From assembly GCA_900551855.1 (NCBI GenBank), contig URXM01000001.1:125804-189803 (forward strand): a DNA stretch of 64,000 nucleotides. Direction: 5' to 3'. This document shows, in pieces, positions 8,235 through 18,330 of this stretch; position 1 is the first letter of the stretch; each line of letters opens with the position of its first letter. The translations under genes were made by a program, and so were the position numbers. The notes beneath the pieces are model-generated. The model was not told where the DNA came from. It worked only from the letters and a program-made list of their open reading frames with translations, and did no database searches. This DNA comes from an uncultured Eubacteriales bacterium. GTDB taxonomy: Bacteria; Bacillota; Clostridia; Christensenellales; UBA1242.

Positions 8235-9593
8235 ATGGTTAAATTTTATAATTCGCTTACTAGAAGAAAAGAAGAAGTCCCATATCACGATGGAAAAGTT
8301 GTAAAAATGTATTCTTGCGGACCTACTGTTTATTATTATCCACATATTGGAAATTTCCGTGCTTATCTTTTTATGGATAATATAAGAAGAGTGCTCAAAT
8401 ACAACGGTTACAAACTTGATGGAGTTATGAACATCACTGATGTAGGGCATTTGACTTCTGATGCTGATGAAGGTGAAGACAAAATGCTTGTTGCATCAAA
8501 GAGAGAACATAAATCTCCTTGGGAAATTGCAAAGTTTTATACCAATGTTTTTATGAACGATGCAAAGCTTCTCAATATTGATATGCCAGAACATATCGTG
8601 CCAGCAACAAGTGTAATTCCTGAAATGATTAAGTTTGTTCAAGGACTTATGGAAAAAGGTTATGCTTACGAAACAAGCAAGGGCATTTATTTTGATATAG
8701 CAAAATTCAAAGACTATGGACGCCTTTCTGGTATGGACATAAATGAAAAACTTGCCGGTGCCAGAATTGATGTTGATGAAGAGAAACATTCTCCATACGA
8801 TTTTGTGCTTTGGGTAAAAGCTCCAAAAGAACACATTATGCAATGGGAAAGTCCTTGGGGTATGGGTTATCCAGGTTGGCACATAGAGTGCTCGGTTATT
8901 GGCGACAAATATTTGGGTGAGACTATTGATATCCACACAGGTGGTGTCGATCACAAGCCTGTTCATCACGAAAATGAAATTGCACAAAGCAATTGCTATT
9001 ATGGTCATCAGGTTGTAAAAATGTGGATGCATCTTGAGTTTTTGCAAGTCAATGGCGGGAAAATGAGCAAGAGTTTGGGAAATCTTTATACGCTTGCTGA
9101 TTTGAAAGAAAAAGGTTATGATGCAGAAGTCTTTAGATTTTTCTACTTTATGGCTCACTATTCAAAACAACAGAATTTTACTTTTGATGCACTCGATATG
9201 GCAAAAAGCACATTAAAGACAATCAAAAACTTGGTTGCAGAGCATAAAAACGGCACAGCCGTGGTTGATACTTCTGAATATGAAAAAGAATTTTTGGAAA
9301 GTGTCAATGATGACTTGAATATGCCAAAGGCAATCGCTACAGTTTTGAGAATGCTCAAAGAAGAAAGAAGCCAAAATGTTTATAAAACTTTCTTGAAATT
9401 TAATGAAGTTTTAGGATTGAGTTTGGAAGAGAAACAAGACATTCCAGAAGAAGTCAAAACAAAAGCAGAAGAAAGATGGAATGCAAAGAAAAACAGAGAC
9501 TTTGCTTTGGCAGACAAATTAAGACAAGAGATTTCTGATCTTGGATATGACATAAAGGATGCAAGAGAAGGTTATCAAATAAATAAGAAATAG
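8235..9593 (+). CDS. cysS: cysteine--tRNA ligase
   Basis: HIGN (HIGH) and KMSKS motifs plus WHIECS. Start set at ATG 8235, preceded by GGAGG (8226-8230). The track ORF start at 8115 overlaps marR and is rejected. Confidence 0.95.
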   Translation: MVKFYNSLTRRKEEVPYHDGKVVKMYSCGPTVYYYPHIGNFRAYLFMDNIRRVLKYNGYKLDGVMNITDVGHLTSDADEGEDKMLVASKREHKSPWEIAKFYTNVFMNDAKLLNIDMPEHIVPATSVIPEMIKFVQGLMEKGYAYETSKGIYFDIAKFKDYGRLSGMDINEKLAGARIDVDEEKHSPYDFVLWVKAPKEHIMQWESPWGMGYPGWHIECSVIGDKYLGETIDIHTGGVDHKPVHHENEIAQSNCYYGHQVVKMWMHLEFLQVNGGKMSKSLGNLYTLADLKEKGYDAEVFRFFYFMAHYSKQQNFTFDALDMAKSTLKTIKNLVAEHKNGTAVVDTSEYEKEFLESVNDDLNMPKAIATVLRMLKEERSQNVYKTFLKFNEVLGLSLEEKQDIPEEVKTKAEERWNAKKNRDFALADKLRQEISDLGYDIKDAREGYQINKK

Positions 9594-9627
9594 AAAAAAG
9601 TTGGTGTAAATTTCACCAACTTTTTTG
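9594..9627. terminator. bidirectional rho-independent terminator
   Basis: Stem aaaaaagttggtg / caccaactttttt between convergent cysS and the P-type ATPase gene. Confidence 0.8.
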
Positions 9628-9684
9628 TTTGTTATAGAAGCAAATAATTTTTTTGTCTATGGCTTTAAAAACAAAAAAATCAAA

Positions 9685-12501
9685 TTATGCATTTGATTTT
9701 TTCTTAATTTTTATGTTTTTAGTTCCAACATATTTGTCTTTTGTTGTTTTGCTTTTTGAACTTGTTGTGCTTGCAGTTTTCTTTGTAGCATTATTTGATG
9801 AAGATTTTGTAGCAGGTGAAGTCTTCTTTGTTGTCGTTTGTTTTGTTGCAATATTTTTTGTATCACTGCTATTTGATGTTTGAATATTGTTTTTGTTTTT
9901 AGACATAACAGTTGGCAAGTCATCTTCAACATCAGCTATTGTTTCTTCTTTTGTAAATTTTGATGAAATCTTTTGCCACAAATCCACTTTTTTCTTTTTT
10001 GATTTTTTGTCTTGAGGTGTTTCAACAACGACCTGTGTTATTTGTCCGTTTGCTGGATATTCTTCAGTGTTGTTGCTTTCAACTCCAGCTTTAGCCAAAG
10101 CTTTTGCTTCTTTTCTATTTAGATACCACTCTTTGAGATAGAAGACTGCGACTATAAGCATAATTGTGCAAAGAAGTAGTGTTGCAAGTGTGACTATAAC
10201 TGGGAAAGTGTAATCTGTGATTGAGAAGAATTGTCCTAATCCCCACAAACAAGAAATAATAAGGATTGCAGAAATTGTTATGCAAATACCTCTAAGCCAG
10301 TTGAGAGGCCAGCAGATCCAAACCAAATTTACAAATCCAACGAATGTCAAAAGCAATGTGCAAAGTGAAGTGTATTCTGTTGGTGACAATGTTGATGTGT
10401 TTTCATTTAATATTAAAACAATAAGAATGTTTATAAACATTAATAAAGAACAAGGGATAGACTTCTTCAAAACTTGAGGAATAAAATCACCTCGAATAAG
10501 TTTGTCGTTTGGTTGGAATGTCAAGATAAACGATGGAAGCCCAATAACAAACATTTCAAGAAGCAACAGTTGTTTTGGTGTGAATGGGTAAGATATTCTC
10601 AAAATCAAAGTTGTTATACAAAGCATAATAGTAAACAAAGTTTTCATCAAGTAAAGCACAGAAGAGTGTTGAACATTATTTACAATCTGTCTTCCTTCTT
10701 TAACGATTGAAGGAAGTGCAGAGAAGTTGCTTTCCATAAGCACAAGATGAGAGATGTTTCTTGCGACTTCGCTTCCATCAGCCATAGCAATAGAGCAGTT
10801 TGCTTCTTTAAGTGCCAAAGTGTCATTTACACCATCACCAGTCATTGCTACAACATTTCCTTGGGTTTTTAATGTTTTTACAATCACATGCTTTTGTTCT
10901 GGGGTGACACGGCCAAAAACAGTAAATTTGTTTGCAATTTGTGCCACTTCTTGAAGGCTCATATTTTCAAGAGATACATATTTGTCACTGTTTTCCACTC
11001 CAACTCTTTTTGCAATTTTTGAAACAGTAAGAGCGTCATCTCCAGAGATTATTTTAATGTCAACATTGTTCTTTTTAAACCAATCAATTGTTTCGATGGC
11101 ATCTTTTCTTATATGGTCTTCAAGGACAAAGAGACAAACAAGTTTTCCTCTCTTGCCGGCTGTTTTTTCTGTGTATGGGTTTGAGTCTTCAACAAGAGAA
11201 ATCACACGCAAGCCTTTTTCCATGTATTGATTCATCAAATTTTTTTGTTGAGCTGTCAAAGCACATTTTATAAAACCAACAGCACCAACATAATATGTTT
11301 TTCCATTGTTCAAAGTGGTAGCACTGTATTTTCTTTGAGAAGAAAATTCTATAACTTCTTTAACAGAAGAATTTAATTCTTTTCCAAACTTCTCCACCAA
11401 AGCAACACTTGTTGCGTTCATTGTTTTTTGATGAGGAAGGATTGTTTTCATTATTTTTTCTATTGACTGCAAAGAGAAGTTGTTTTGTGGCAACACTTCA
11501 ACAACATTCATTGTGCCGTCTGTGATTGTCCCTGTTTTATCAAGACAAAGCACATTTGCTCTTGCAAGCATTTCAATTGAATACAAATTTTTAACCAAGG
11601 TTTTCTTTCTGGCTAGTTTGATAACTCCAACAGAAAGACCAACGGTAATAAGCAGATACATTCCTGCCGGGATCATTCCAGTTAGTGCACCACTCGTGCT
11701 GGTGATTGCCTCTTCAAGTTTTATTCCTGTTACATAAATTTCTTTACACAATGTCAAAACGCCGATAGGAATTAAAATTATGATAATGATCTTAATCAAA
11801 CTGTTTAAGTCTTTAAAAAGGTTTGATGTTTGAGGTTTGAAGTCTTTTGTTCTTTCTGCAACAGTTTGAATGTAGTTATTTTTCCCGACCTTATCAACTC
11901 TTGCATAACATAACCCAGAAACAAGGAAACTTCCTGCTAGCAAATAATCTCCTTCTTTCTTTTTGACAAGATTAGATTCGCCAGTCAACAAACTTTCGTT
12001 TGCTTCAACAGTTCCATCAATAATGATGCAGTCTGCTGGGATTTGATTCCCGTTTTCCAAAATGATAATATCATCCAAAAGCAAATCTTCACCTTTGATT
12101 TCAAGTTGCACGCCCATTCTTATGACTTTAATTTTTGGGGCGGTAACCATAGAAAGTTTTTCAACAGTGTTTTTTGCTTTGATCTCTTGAAAAATTGAAA
12201 TTGCTGTGTTTGCAATTACGACAAACAAAAACAAAAGATCGCTCCAAGCATTTACGCACATCAATGCTATGGCAATCACAAGCCAAATCACATTGAAGAC
12301 TGTAAATATGTTTTTACAGAAAATTTGCAAATAACTGTTTGATGTTTTGATCTTTGTATCATTGACAAGTTTATGCTCTATTCTTTCGTTGATTTGTTCC
12401 TCAGAAAGACCATGTTCTTTATCTGTTTGATAACGAACAATTTGGATGTCTTGCAACACTTGTTTTTTCTTATTATTTTTAGCTTTCTTTATCTTTTTCA
12501 T
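9685..12501 (-). CDS. cation-transporting P-type ATPase with a long Ser/Thr/Lys-rich C-terminal tail
   Basis: LTGES actuator motif, DKTGTIT phosphorylation site, MTGDGVNDTLALKEA hinge, about 10 TM helices. The TM4 motif reads IPAGM rather than PEGL. The last ~150 aa are low-complexity (SSDTKNIATKQTTTKKTSPATKSSSNNATKKTASTTSSKSKTTK). Confidence 0.9.
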   Translation of the reverse strand: MKKIKKAKNNKKKQVLQDIQIVRYQTDKEHGLSEEQINERIEHKLVNDTKIKTSNSYLQIFCKNIFTVFNVIWLVIAIALMCVNAWSDLLFLFVVIANTAISIFQEIKAKNTVEKLSMVTAPKIKVIRMGVQLEIKGEDLLLDDIIILENGNQIPADCIIIDGTVEANESLLTGESNLVKKKEGDYLLAGSFLVSGLCYARVDKVGKNNYIQTVAERTKDFKPQTSNLFKDLNSLIKIIIIILIPIGVLTLCKEIYVTGIKLEEAITSTSGALTGMIPAGMYLLITVGLSVGVIKLARKKTLVKNLYSIEMLARANVLCLDKTGTITDGTMNVVEVLPQNNFSLQSIEKIMKTILPHQKTMNATSVALVEKFGKELNSSVKEVIEFSSQRKYSATTLNNGKTYYVGAVGFIKCALTAQQKNLMNQYMEKGLRVISLVEDSNPYTEKTAGKRGKLVCLFVLEDHIRKDAIETIDWFKKNNVDIKIISGDDALTVSKIAKRVGVENSDKYVSLENMSLQEVAQIANKFTVFGRVTPEQKHVIVKTLKTQGNVVAMTGDGVNDTLALKEANCSIAMADGSEVARNISHLVLMESNFSALPSIVKEGRQIVNNVQHSSVLYLMKTLFTIMLCITTLILRISYPFTPKQLLLLEMFVIGLPSFILTFQPNDKLIRGDFIPQVLKKSIPCSLLMFINILIVLILNENTSTLSPTEYTSLCTLLLTFVGFVNLVWICWPLNWLRGICITISAILIISCLWGLGQFFSITDYTFPVIVTLATLLLCTIMLIVAVFYLKEWYLNRKEAKALAKAGVESNNTEEYPANGQITQVVVETPQDKKSKKKKVDLWQKISSKFTKEETIADVEDDLPTVMSKNKNNIQTSNSSDTKNIATKQTTTKKTSPATKSSSNNATKKTASTTSSKSKTTKDKYVGTKNIKIKKKSNA

Positions 12502-12673
12502 CTTCGTATTTAAGTTTATTAAATTTTTGGCAAAATGTCAAATATAATTGACTTTTTTAAGTAATTATATTATTTTTATTCTATATGATTTATGCAGTTT
12601 GAAACTCGCTTTATGTTTAATTTTGACGATTGATATAATTTAATTTTGTGTATATTTTTGTTTGGGAGGCAAA

Positions 12674-13906
12674 ATGTTTATTCAAATTTCTGAAGATTTA
12701 AAAAAATTAGCAAAATTTTTCCCAGAAAATTTATATATCGTTGGAGGATTTGTTAGAAACAAAATGCTTGGGCTGTCAGAGGGTGATGTTGACTTGACAA
12801 GCAGTGTAAACATTGAAGAAGTGTCAAACAGACTTAAAGGGTCTGAGTTTTCTGTCAAAATAAAAAACTTAAAGTTGGGATCAATTTTGATTTTTAATGA
12901 CAAAGAAAGCTATGAATATACTTCTTTCAGAAAAGAAGTTTACGAAGAAAATGGATCACACTGCCCAGTTCAAGTCAAATTTACAGACAAAATTGAGGAA
13001 GATGCTGTTCGCAGAGATTTTACTGTAAATTCAATTTATTACAACATAAACAAAGATGAAATTGTGGACATTTATCATGGCATTGTAGATTTAAACCAAA
13101 AAATTATTCGTTGCAACATCAATCCTGACGAAGTCTTGAAGTATGATGGGGAAAGAATTCTTCGCATGGTTAGAATTGCTGGTGAGCTCAATTTTAAGAT
13201 TGATAAAAACACATTGAAATCGGCAATAAAATATGTATCAAACATAAAAGATATTCAAGGCAATAGGAAATTGCTTGAATTAGAAAAGATTTTATATTGT
13301 GACAAACGATATAATTTAAACAAGAAAGGTCTTAAAAGAGCATTAAAGCTTCTAAATCTTATGGGTGTTTGGAAGTATTTTGACTTATCAGTAAAAAAAA
13401 TAAGATACAAAATGGTTTACAAAACTGAAGACAGACTTTTGGGACTTTTAATTGACATTGTAGATTCTCAAAAACCAGAATGTTTGCAAACATTCTTGGA
13501 AGTATTTTTGAAAGACCAACTTGGTTTCAATCAATCTTGGATAAAAAAAGTTTTTGTCTATTTGTCAGGATATTACAACGCAATCAAAGGGATGAAAAAC
13601 AAAAATTATTTCTTTAAGTATTATCAAGACTGGGCATACATTTATCCTTTGCTTGGAAGCAAATCAAAGAGATTGCAAAGTAAATACAACTTTTTCTATC
13701 AATACATCATCAAGCACGGACTCGTGATTGCTGTTTCTGATCTTGAGATAAACAATGCGGATATAAAACAAACTTTCCCAGATATTGACAAAAGAAATTA
13801 TGAGAGAATTTTAAACAATTTGCTTTCAAAGGTTTTTGATGGAAAAATCAAAAATGACAAAGAGTCTTTGCTTAAAGAAATCGAAAAAAACTTACAAAAT
13901 TATTGA
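12674..13906 (+). CDS. cca: CCA-adding enzyme / poly(A) polymerase-family tRNA nucleotidyltransferase
   Basis: Motifs GGFVRNKMLG..DVDL and RRDFTVNS of the pol-beta tRNA nucleotidyltransferase head domain. ATG 12674 is preceded by GGGAGG. The track start at 12662 is a TTG inside the RBS. Confidence 0.8.
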   Translation: MFIQISEDLKKLAKFFPENLYIVGGFVRNKMLGLSEGDVDLTSSVNIEEVSNRLKGSEFSVKIKNLKLGSILIFNDKESYEYTSFRKEVYEENGSHCPVQVKFTDKIEEDAVRRDFTVNSIYYNINKDEIVDIYHGIVDLNQKIIRCNINPDEVLKYDGERILRMVRIAGELNFKIDKNTLKSAIKYVSNIKDIQGNRKLLELEKILYCDKRYNLNKKGLKRALKLLNLMGVWKYFDLSVKKIRYKMVYKTEDRLLGLLIDIVDSQKPECLQTFLEVFLKDQLGFNQSWIKKVFVYLSGYYNAIKGMKNKNYFFKYYQDWAYIYPLLGSKSKRLQSKYNFFYQYIIKHGLVIAVSDLEINNADIKQTFPDIDKRNYERILNNLLSKVFDGKIKNDKESLLKEIEKNLQNY

Positions 13907-13985
13907 TTTATTTCAATAATTTTTTTATTACAAAGAATGAAATCCTTGGTTTAATATTTTTGATTTTATTTGGCATAATAAATTT

Positions 13986-15575
13986 ATGAAAAAAAATCAA
14001 GACGAAAAAAAATCAAAGATAAATAAAAAAGATGACAAAAAAAATGCCAACAGCTCTCACAAAAAAGAGAAAAGTCAAAAAGGTTTTTTATGGTTTTTGG
14101 GAGTTTCTGCTATGTCAGTTGCACTTTTGATAGGGTGCCAATTTTTCTTTGAAAACACTATTACGGGCAAAGAAAAATTTTACGATAACACAAAAATAAA
14201 CGGGATTGATGTTGGTGGGATGTCAGTTGCAGAAGCAGAGAATGTTGTTTTGACGGATATGTTAAACAGCAGAAAAGAGATTGAAATAGAACTTACAAGC
14301 AAAGACAAGAGTTGGACTTTATGTGGAAGTGACTTTGAAGTTTCAAACAAAATACAACCACTTATAGAACAGATTTCAAAATATGGCAAAGATGGAAACT
14401 TTTTTCAAAATATGCAAAAGGCAAAACAAATCAAGGCAGAGGGGAAAGATTTTCAAATTTCTTACACCAATGTTTTGGCAGATATAGATGAAAAAATAAA
14501 TGATATTATTGATGAAGTAGAACAAGAAAGCAAACCTGCTTGTTTGGTTTTTCAACCAAATGAAGAACAGGTGTTTGCTGTTGATGAAGGACAAAACGCC
14601 ATAATTGTAAATCGTGATCAACTTTATCAAGAAATAGACAATGCTTTGACAAACAACAAAAAGGTAAAAATTGAAATACCGATTATTGAAATAGAAAATC
14701 AAATTGACATTGAAGCATTGAAAGATAGCGTGGTATTGCGTGGAGAATTTTCAACATCTTATGCCACAAGTTCTGCAGAAAGGAAAAACAATGTGAAAAA
14801 GGCTATTGAAAGTTTCAATGGAATGATTGTTGAACCTGGACAAACGGTGTCATTTAATGAAACAACTGGTCCAAGAACGGAAGCACAGGGATATAAAAAT
14901 GCACATATCATTGTAGGTGGAGTTTATGTTGATGGTGTAGGTGGTGGTGTCTGTCAAGCTTCCACAACTCTTTACAATGCCTTGCTTTTGTCTGATATAG
15001 AAATTTTGAGTGTAAATCATCATTCGTTGCCGGCATCTTATGTGCCATTGTCTTTTGATGCAATGGTTTCGGGAAGTTATTCTGATTTGGTATTTAAAAA
15101 TACTCTTGATAATCCTATTTATATCAAAACTTTTGCGGATGATTCAAATGTCACAGTGCAAATTTATGGTCAAAAATTTGAAGAAGGGTTGACAATAAAA
15201 AGAAGGGCGGAACTTGTCAAAATTTTACCTCATAATGGGGACAAAATCATTCCTGACACAAAAGGAGAATATTCAAACAGAATTTTATATAAGGGAGAAT
15301 ATTTAAGAATAAAATATCCAAGAGAAGGGTATGAAAGCAAAGGATATTTGCAGTATTACAAAAACGGAGAATTGGTGGAAGAAAAAGAGATAAGACACGA
15401 TTATTATTTGCCACAAGATGGAATTGTTATGGAAGGAGTTGAAAGTCCTGTTGAGGGGATGATTATTCCTGCAAGCGATGTAAAAATTATAAAGCCTCAA
15501 AAAGTCACAAAGGCATCAGAAGAAATTGTCAAAAACAAACTCGAAAAAACCAATCCAAGCGAATATAATCCATAA
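13986..15575 (+). CDS. VanW-family protein (membrane-anchored)
   Basis: Lys-rich N-terminus followed by a TM helix. The GGGVCQASTTLYNALL motif is characteristic of the VanW domain. Confidence 0.8.
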   Translation: MKKNQDEKKSKINKKDDKKNANSSHKKEKSQKGFLWFLGVSAMSVALLIGCQFFFENTITGKEKFYDNTKINGIDVGGMSVAEAENVVLTDMLNSRKEIEIELTSKDKSWTLCGSDFEVSNKIQPLIEQISKYGKDGNFFQNMQKAKQIKAEGKDFQISYTNVLADIDEKINDIIDEVEQESKPACLVFQPNEEQVFAVDEGQNAIIVNRDQLYQEIDNALTNNKKVKIEIPIIEIENQIDIEALKDSVVLRGEFSTSYATSSAERKNNVKKAIESFNGMIVEPGQTVSFNETTGPRTEAQGYKNAHIIVGGVYVDGVGGGVCQASTTLYNALLLSDIEILSVNHHSLPASYVPLSFDAMVSGSYSDLVFKNTLDNPIYIKTFADDSNVTVQIYGQKFEEGLTIKRRAELVKILPHNGDKIIPDTKGEYSNRILYKGEYLRIKYPREGYESKGYLQYYKNGELVEEKEIRHDYYLPQDGIVMEGVESPVEGMIIPASDVKIIKPQKVTKASEEIVKNKLEKTNPSEYNP

Positions 15576-15640
15576 CAAATTTTATTTTGGAGGTTTAACT
15601 GAAAATTTAAATAAATTTTGAATATAATAAAATTATAATT

Positions 15641-16438
15641 ATGGCAAAAAAAGAAAGGAAGGAAAGAAAGACCTTATCTAAAAAATCAAAAATAATTCGT
15701 TCGTTGATTGTTATTGCAATTTTTACAGCAGTTATTGTTTTGGCATATTATGTTTTGGTTTGGACTGGTGCTTGGGAATATATAAACTCTGTTGACAAAA
15801 TTAGACAACTGATTCTGTCTATGGGATTTTGGGGTAGATTTGCTTTTGTTATGTTGCAATTTTTGCAAGTCACATTTTTGCCAATTCCTTCAACAATTTC
15901 CACACTTGCTGGAGTGCTAATTTATGGTCCTTTGCAGACGGCTCTTTTAAGCCTTGCCGGAATTATGCTTGGAAGTGTGTTGGCATTTTGGCTTGGAAGA
16001 CAATTTGGAAGAAAGCTTGTTGCATTTATGGTAGGCGAAGAAACTTGCAAAAAATGGACTGACTTTTTGACAAAGGCAAAGTATTCATTTTTTGTGATGA
16101 TGGTTTTGCCTATTTTCCCTGATGATGTTTTGTGTTTGGTGGCTGGGCTTACTAATATGACTTGGAAATTTTTTGTCATTACAAATTTGATTGCAAGACC
16201 GATTGGAATTTTTTTGACTTGCTATATAGGAAGCGGAGAGATAATACCTTATTATGGCTGGGGACTTGTTGCGTGGGCGTTTATAATTGTTCTAGTTGGA
16301 GTTTTGCTTTTTCTGTCTTTCAAATTTCGACCACAAATAGAATCTTTTTTAAAAAACAAATTCAAATCAAAAAAGACCATTTGCAATGTTGAGGCTGGGA
16401 AAGAATGTTTAAAAAGTGAAAGCGATAAAGATGATTGA
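15641..16438 (+). CDS. TVP38/TMEM64 (DedA-related) family membrane protein
   Basis: Polytopic membrane protein with the VLPIFPDDVLCLVAGLT motif typical of the family. Confidence 0.8.
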   Translation: MAKKERKERKTLSKKSKIIRSLIVIAIFTAVIVLAYYVLVWTGAWEYINSVDKIRQLILSMGFWGRFAFVMLQFLQVTFLPIPSTISTLAGVLIYGPLQTALLSLAGIMLGSVLAFWLGRQFGRKLVAFMVGEETCKKWTDFLTKAKYSFFVMMVLPIFPDDVLCLVAGLTNMTWKFFVITNLIARPIGIFLTCYIGSGEIIPYYGWGLVAWAFIIVLVGVLLFLSFKFRPQIESFLKNKFKSKKTICNVEAGKECLKSESDKDD

Positions 16439-16471
16439 AAAAAATGCTTCAAAAAACGAAGAAAAGAAGGA

Positions 16472-16633
16472 CTAATTTTTGTTTAACACAATGAAAATTC
16501 CTTCTTTTATTTGTTTTGGAGAGAGATTGTTGTCAAGCAATATTTTTGTGCTGTCTATATTGTATTTTTGTGAAATTATTTTCAAGTTTTCGCCTTTTTT
16601 AACTTGATAATATGGAAAAGGTATTTTTTTCAT
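16472..16633 (-). CDS. 53-aa LysM-domain protein (below the ORF-track cutoff)
   Basis: My own minus-strand translation is MKKIPFPYYQVKKGENLKIISQKYNIDSTKILLDNNLSPKQIKEGIFIVLNKN. It fits the LysM consensus (Y.V..GD.L..IA.ky......L...N.l......l..Gq.l.i). Stop TAG is at 16472-16474. Confidence 0.55.
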   Translation of the reverse strand: MKKIPFPYYQVKKGENLKIISQKYNIDSTKILLDNNLSPKQIKEGIFIVLNKN

Positions 16634-16720
16634 ACTCATACTTTGTCTTAATTCTCCTTTATTTTGATTGATATATCTTATTAGTCATAAATCAGCAAAA
16701 ATTCTTATAAATTAAAATAT

Positions 16721-18283
16721 ATGAAATCAATCTTTAAAAATGTTGCAATTATCACAGTTTTTTCTTTGCTGACAAGGATGTTGGGATTTTTCTTTCGCAT
16801 TTTTCTTTCCAGAACAATTGGAGCAGAAGCACTTGGCATGTATCAAGTGGCTCTTTCTATATTTATGGTGCTTTTGACAATTGTTTCAAGTGGGTTTACT
16901 TTGATTATTTCAAGAATGACTGCAAGTTATAGGGTTGGTGCAAAAAGAAAAGAAATTGGAAGTCTTGTCACTTCAAGTTTGTTTGTTGGACTTGCTGTAA
17001 GCGTGCTTCTTTGTTTGATAATACTCCTTTTCAGAAATTTGTTTGCAAATCTTTTTACTGACAAAAACTGCATTTATATATTGATTATTTTGTTGCCGTC
17101 TCTAATTTTTTCTGCAATTTACAGTGTTTTTCGTGGGGCAATGTGGGGAGATGACAACTACTTTGGGCTTTGCGTTTCCGAACTTTTGGAGCAAATTGTC
17201 AAAATTGCTATCTGTGTGCTTTTGCTCGCGTCAGGTATGACTGCTTTGCAAAATGCAATGTCTGTTGCGTGGTCTTTTACTCTGTCCTGTCTAGTTTCGG
17301 CATTTTTTGTGATGTTGCTATATTTTTTCTATGGTGGAAAATTAAACAAACCAACCAAAATATATAAAAAAGTTATCAGACAATCTGCACCAATAACAGG
17401 AGTAAGAGTCGCAGGTAGTTTTGTCCAACCGCTTGTTGCATTGATTTTGCCTGCTCAACTTATGGCAGCAGGATATACTTCTTCTCAAGCTATGAGTCTT
17501 TATGGTATTGCACTTGGAATGACCTTTCCTTTTTTGTATCTTCCTTCTGCACTGATTGGCTCGCTTGCGACAGCGCTTGTCCCTGACATCTCTATGGCGA
17601 TGGTGCAAAATGACACAAAACATATTGAAACAAGAGTTCAATCTTCTCTTTTGTTTTCTATGTTTGTTTCGTTTATGATAGTTCCTGTGTTTATGGCAAT
17701 AGGGGACAAGTTTGGAGTTTTTATTTATGACAACGAATTGAGTGGAAAACTTTTGCAGTATGCTGCTTGGATCATGATTCCAATGGGAATAACAAACATT
17801 TCTTCTGCCGTTTTAAATTCGGTTGGGTTGGAAGTGAAATCGTTTATCAATTATATTATTGGTGGCGTTTTCTTGTTTGTTTCAATTTTGTCTTTAACAA
17901 AATTTATAGGCATCAATGCACTTGTGATAGGAATGGGCGTTTCTTCAATTATTACTTCAGTTTTAAACTTGATTATGTTGAGGAAAAAATTGAAGATAGA
18001 AATAAATATCAAAAAAAATCTTTTGCAATTTATTTTGTTTTCCATTCCAACTGTGGCACTAACTTCGTTTATTAGTTCTTTGCTTTCCTATATTTTTCCT
18101 ATGTTTTTTGACATTGTGATTTCAACATTTATTGGAGTGATTGTATATGTAATTTTATGTTCTTTTTTCAATGTTGTAAACATCTCTGTTTATGCGGTAA
18201 AACTTAAAGAAAAAATATCTGAAAAATCAAATATTTTGAAAATTAAAAGAAAAAATAGAAAAAAATCACAAAAAATCCAATAA
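16721..18283 (+). CDS. MOP-superfamily flippase (SpoVB/MurJ-like polysaccharide biosynthesis protein)
   Basis: About 14 TM helices. The N-terminus ITVFSLLTRMLGFFFRIFLSRTIGAEALGMYQVALSIF closely follows the SpoVB/MurJ-like pattern. Confidence 0.8.
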   Translation: MKSIFKNVAIITVFSLLTRMLGFFFRIFLSRTIGAEALGMYQVALSIFMVLLTIVSSGFTLIISRMTASYRVGAKRKEIGSLVTSSLFVGLAVSVLLCLIILLFRNLFANLFTDKNCIYILIILLPSLIFSAIYSVFRGAMWGDDNYFGLCVSELLEQIVKIAICVLLLASGMTALQNAMSVAWSFTLSCLVSAFFVMLLYFFYGGKLNKPTKIYKKVIRQSAPITGVRVAGSFVQPLVALILPAQLMAAGYTSSQAMSLYGIALGMTFPFLYLPSALIGSLATALVPDISMAMVQNDTKHIETRVQSSLLFSMFVSFMIVPVFMAIGDKFGVFIYDNELSGKLLQYAAWIMIPMGITNISSAVLNSVGLEVKSFINYIIGGVFLFVSILSLTKFIGINALVIGMGVSSIITSVLNLIMLRKKLKIEINIKKNLLQFILFSIPTVALTSFISSLLSYIFPMFFDIVISTFIGVIVYVILCSFFNVVNISVYAVKLKEKISEKSNILKIKRKNRKKSQKIQ

Positions 18284-18330
18284 AAATCAAATTTTTGTGT
18301 TAATTTTTGAAAATTACTTATAATATTTTT

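Noticed and set aside
9653-9932. Plus-strand 76-aa ORF and minus-strand 73-aa ORF over the ATPase 3' end
   Set aside because: They are frame artefacts of the low-complexity Ser/Thr/Lys tail region. Their composition (poly-Phe/Val/Leu) is not protein-like.
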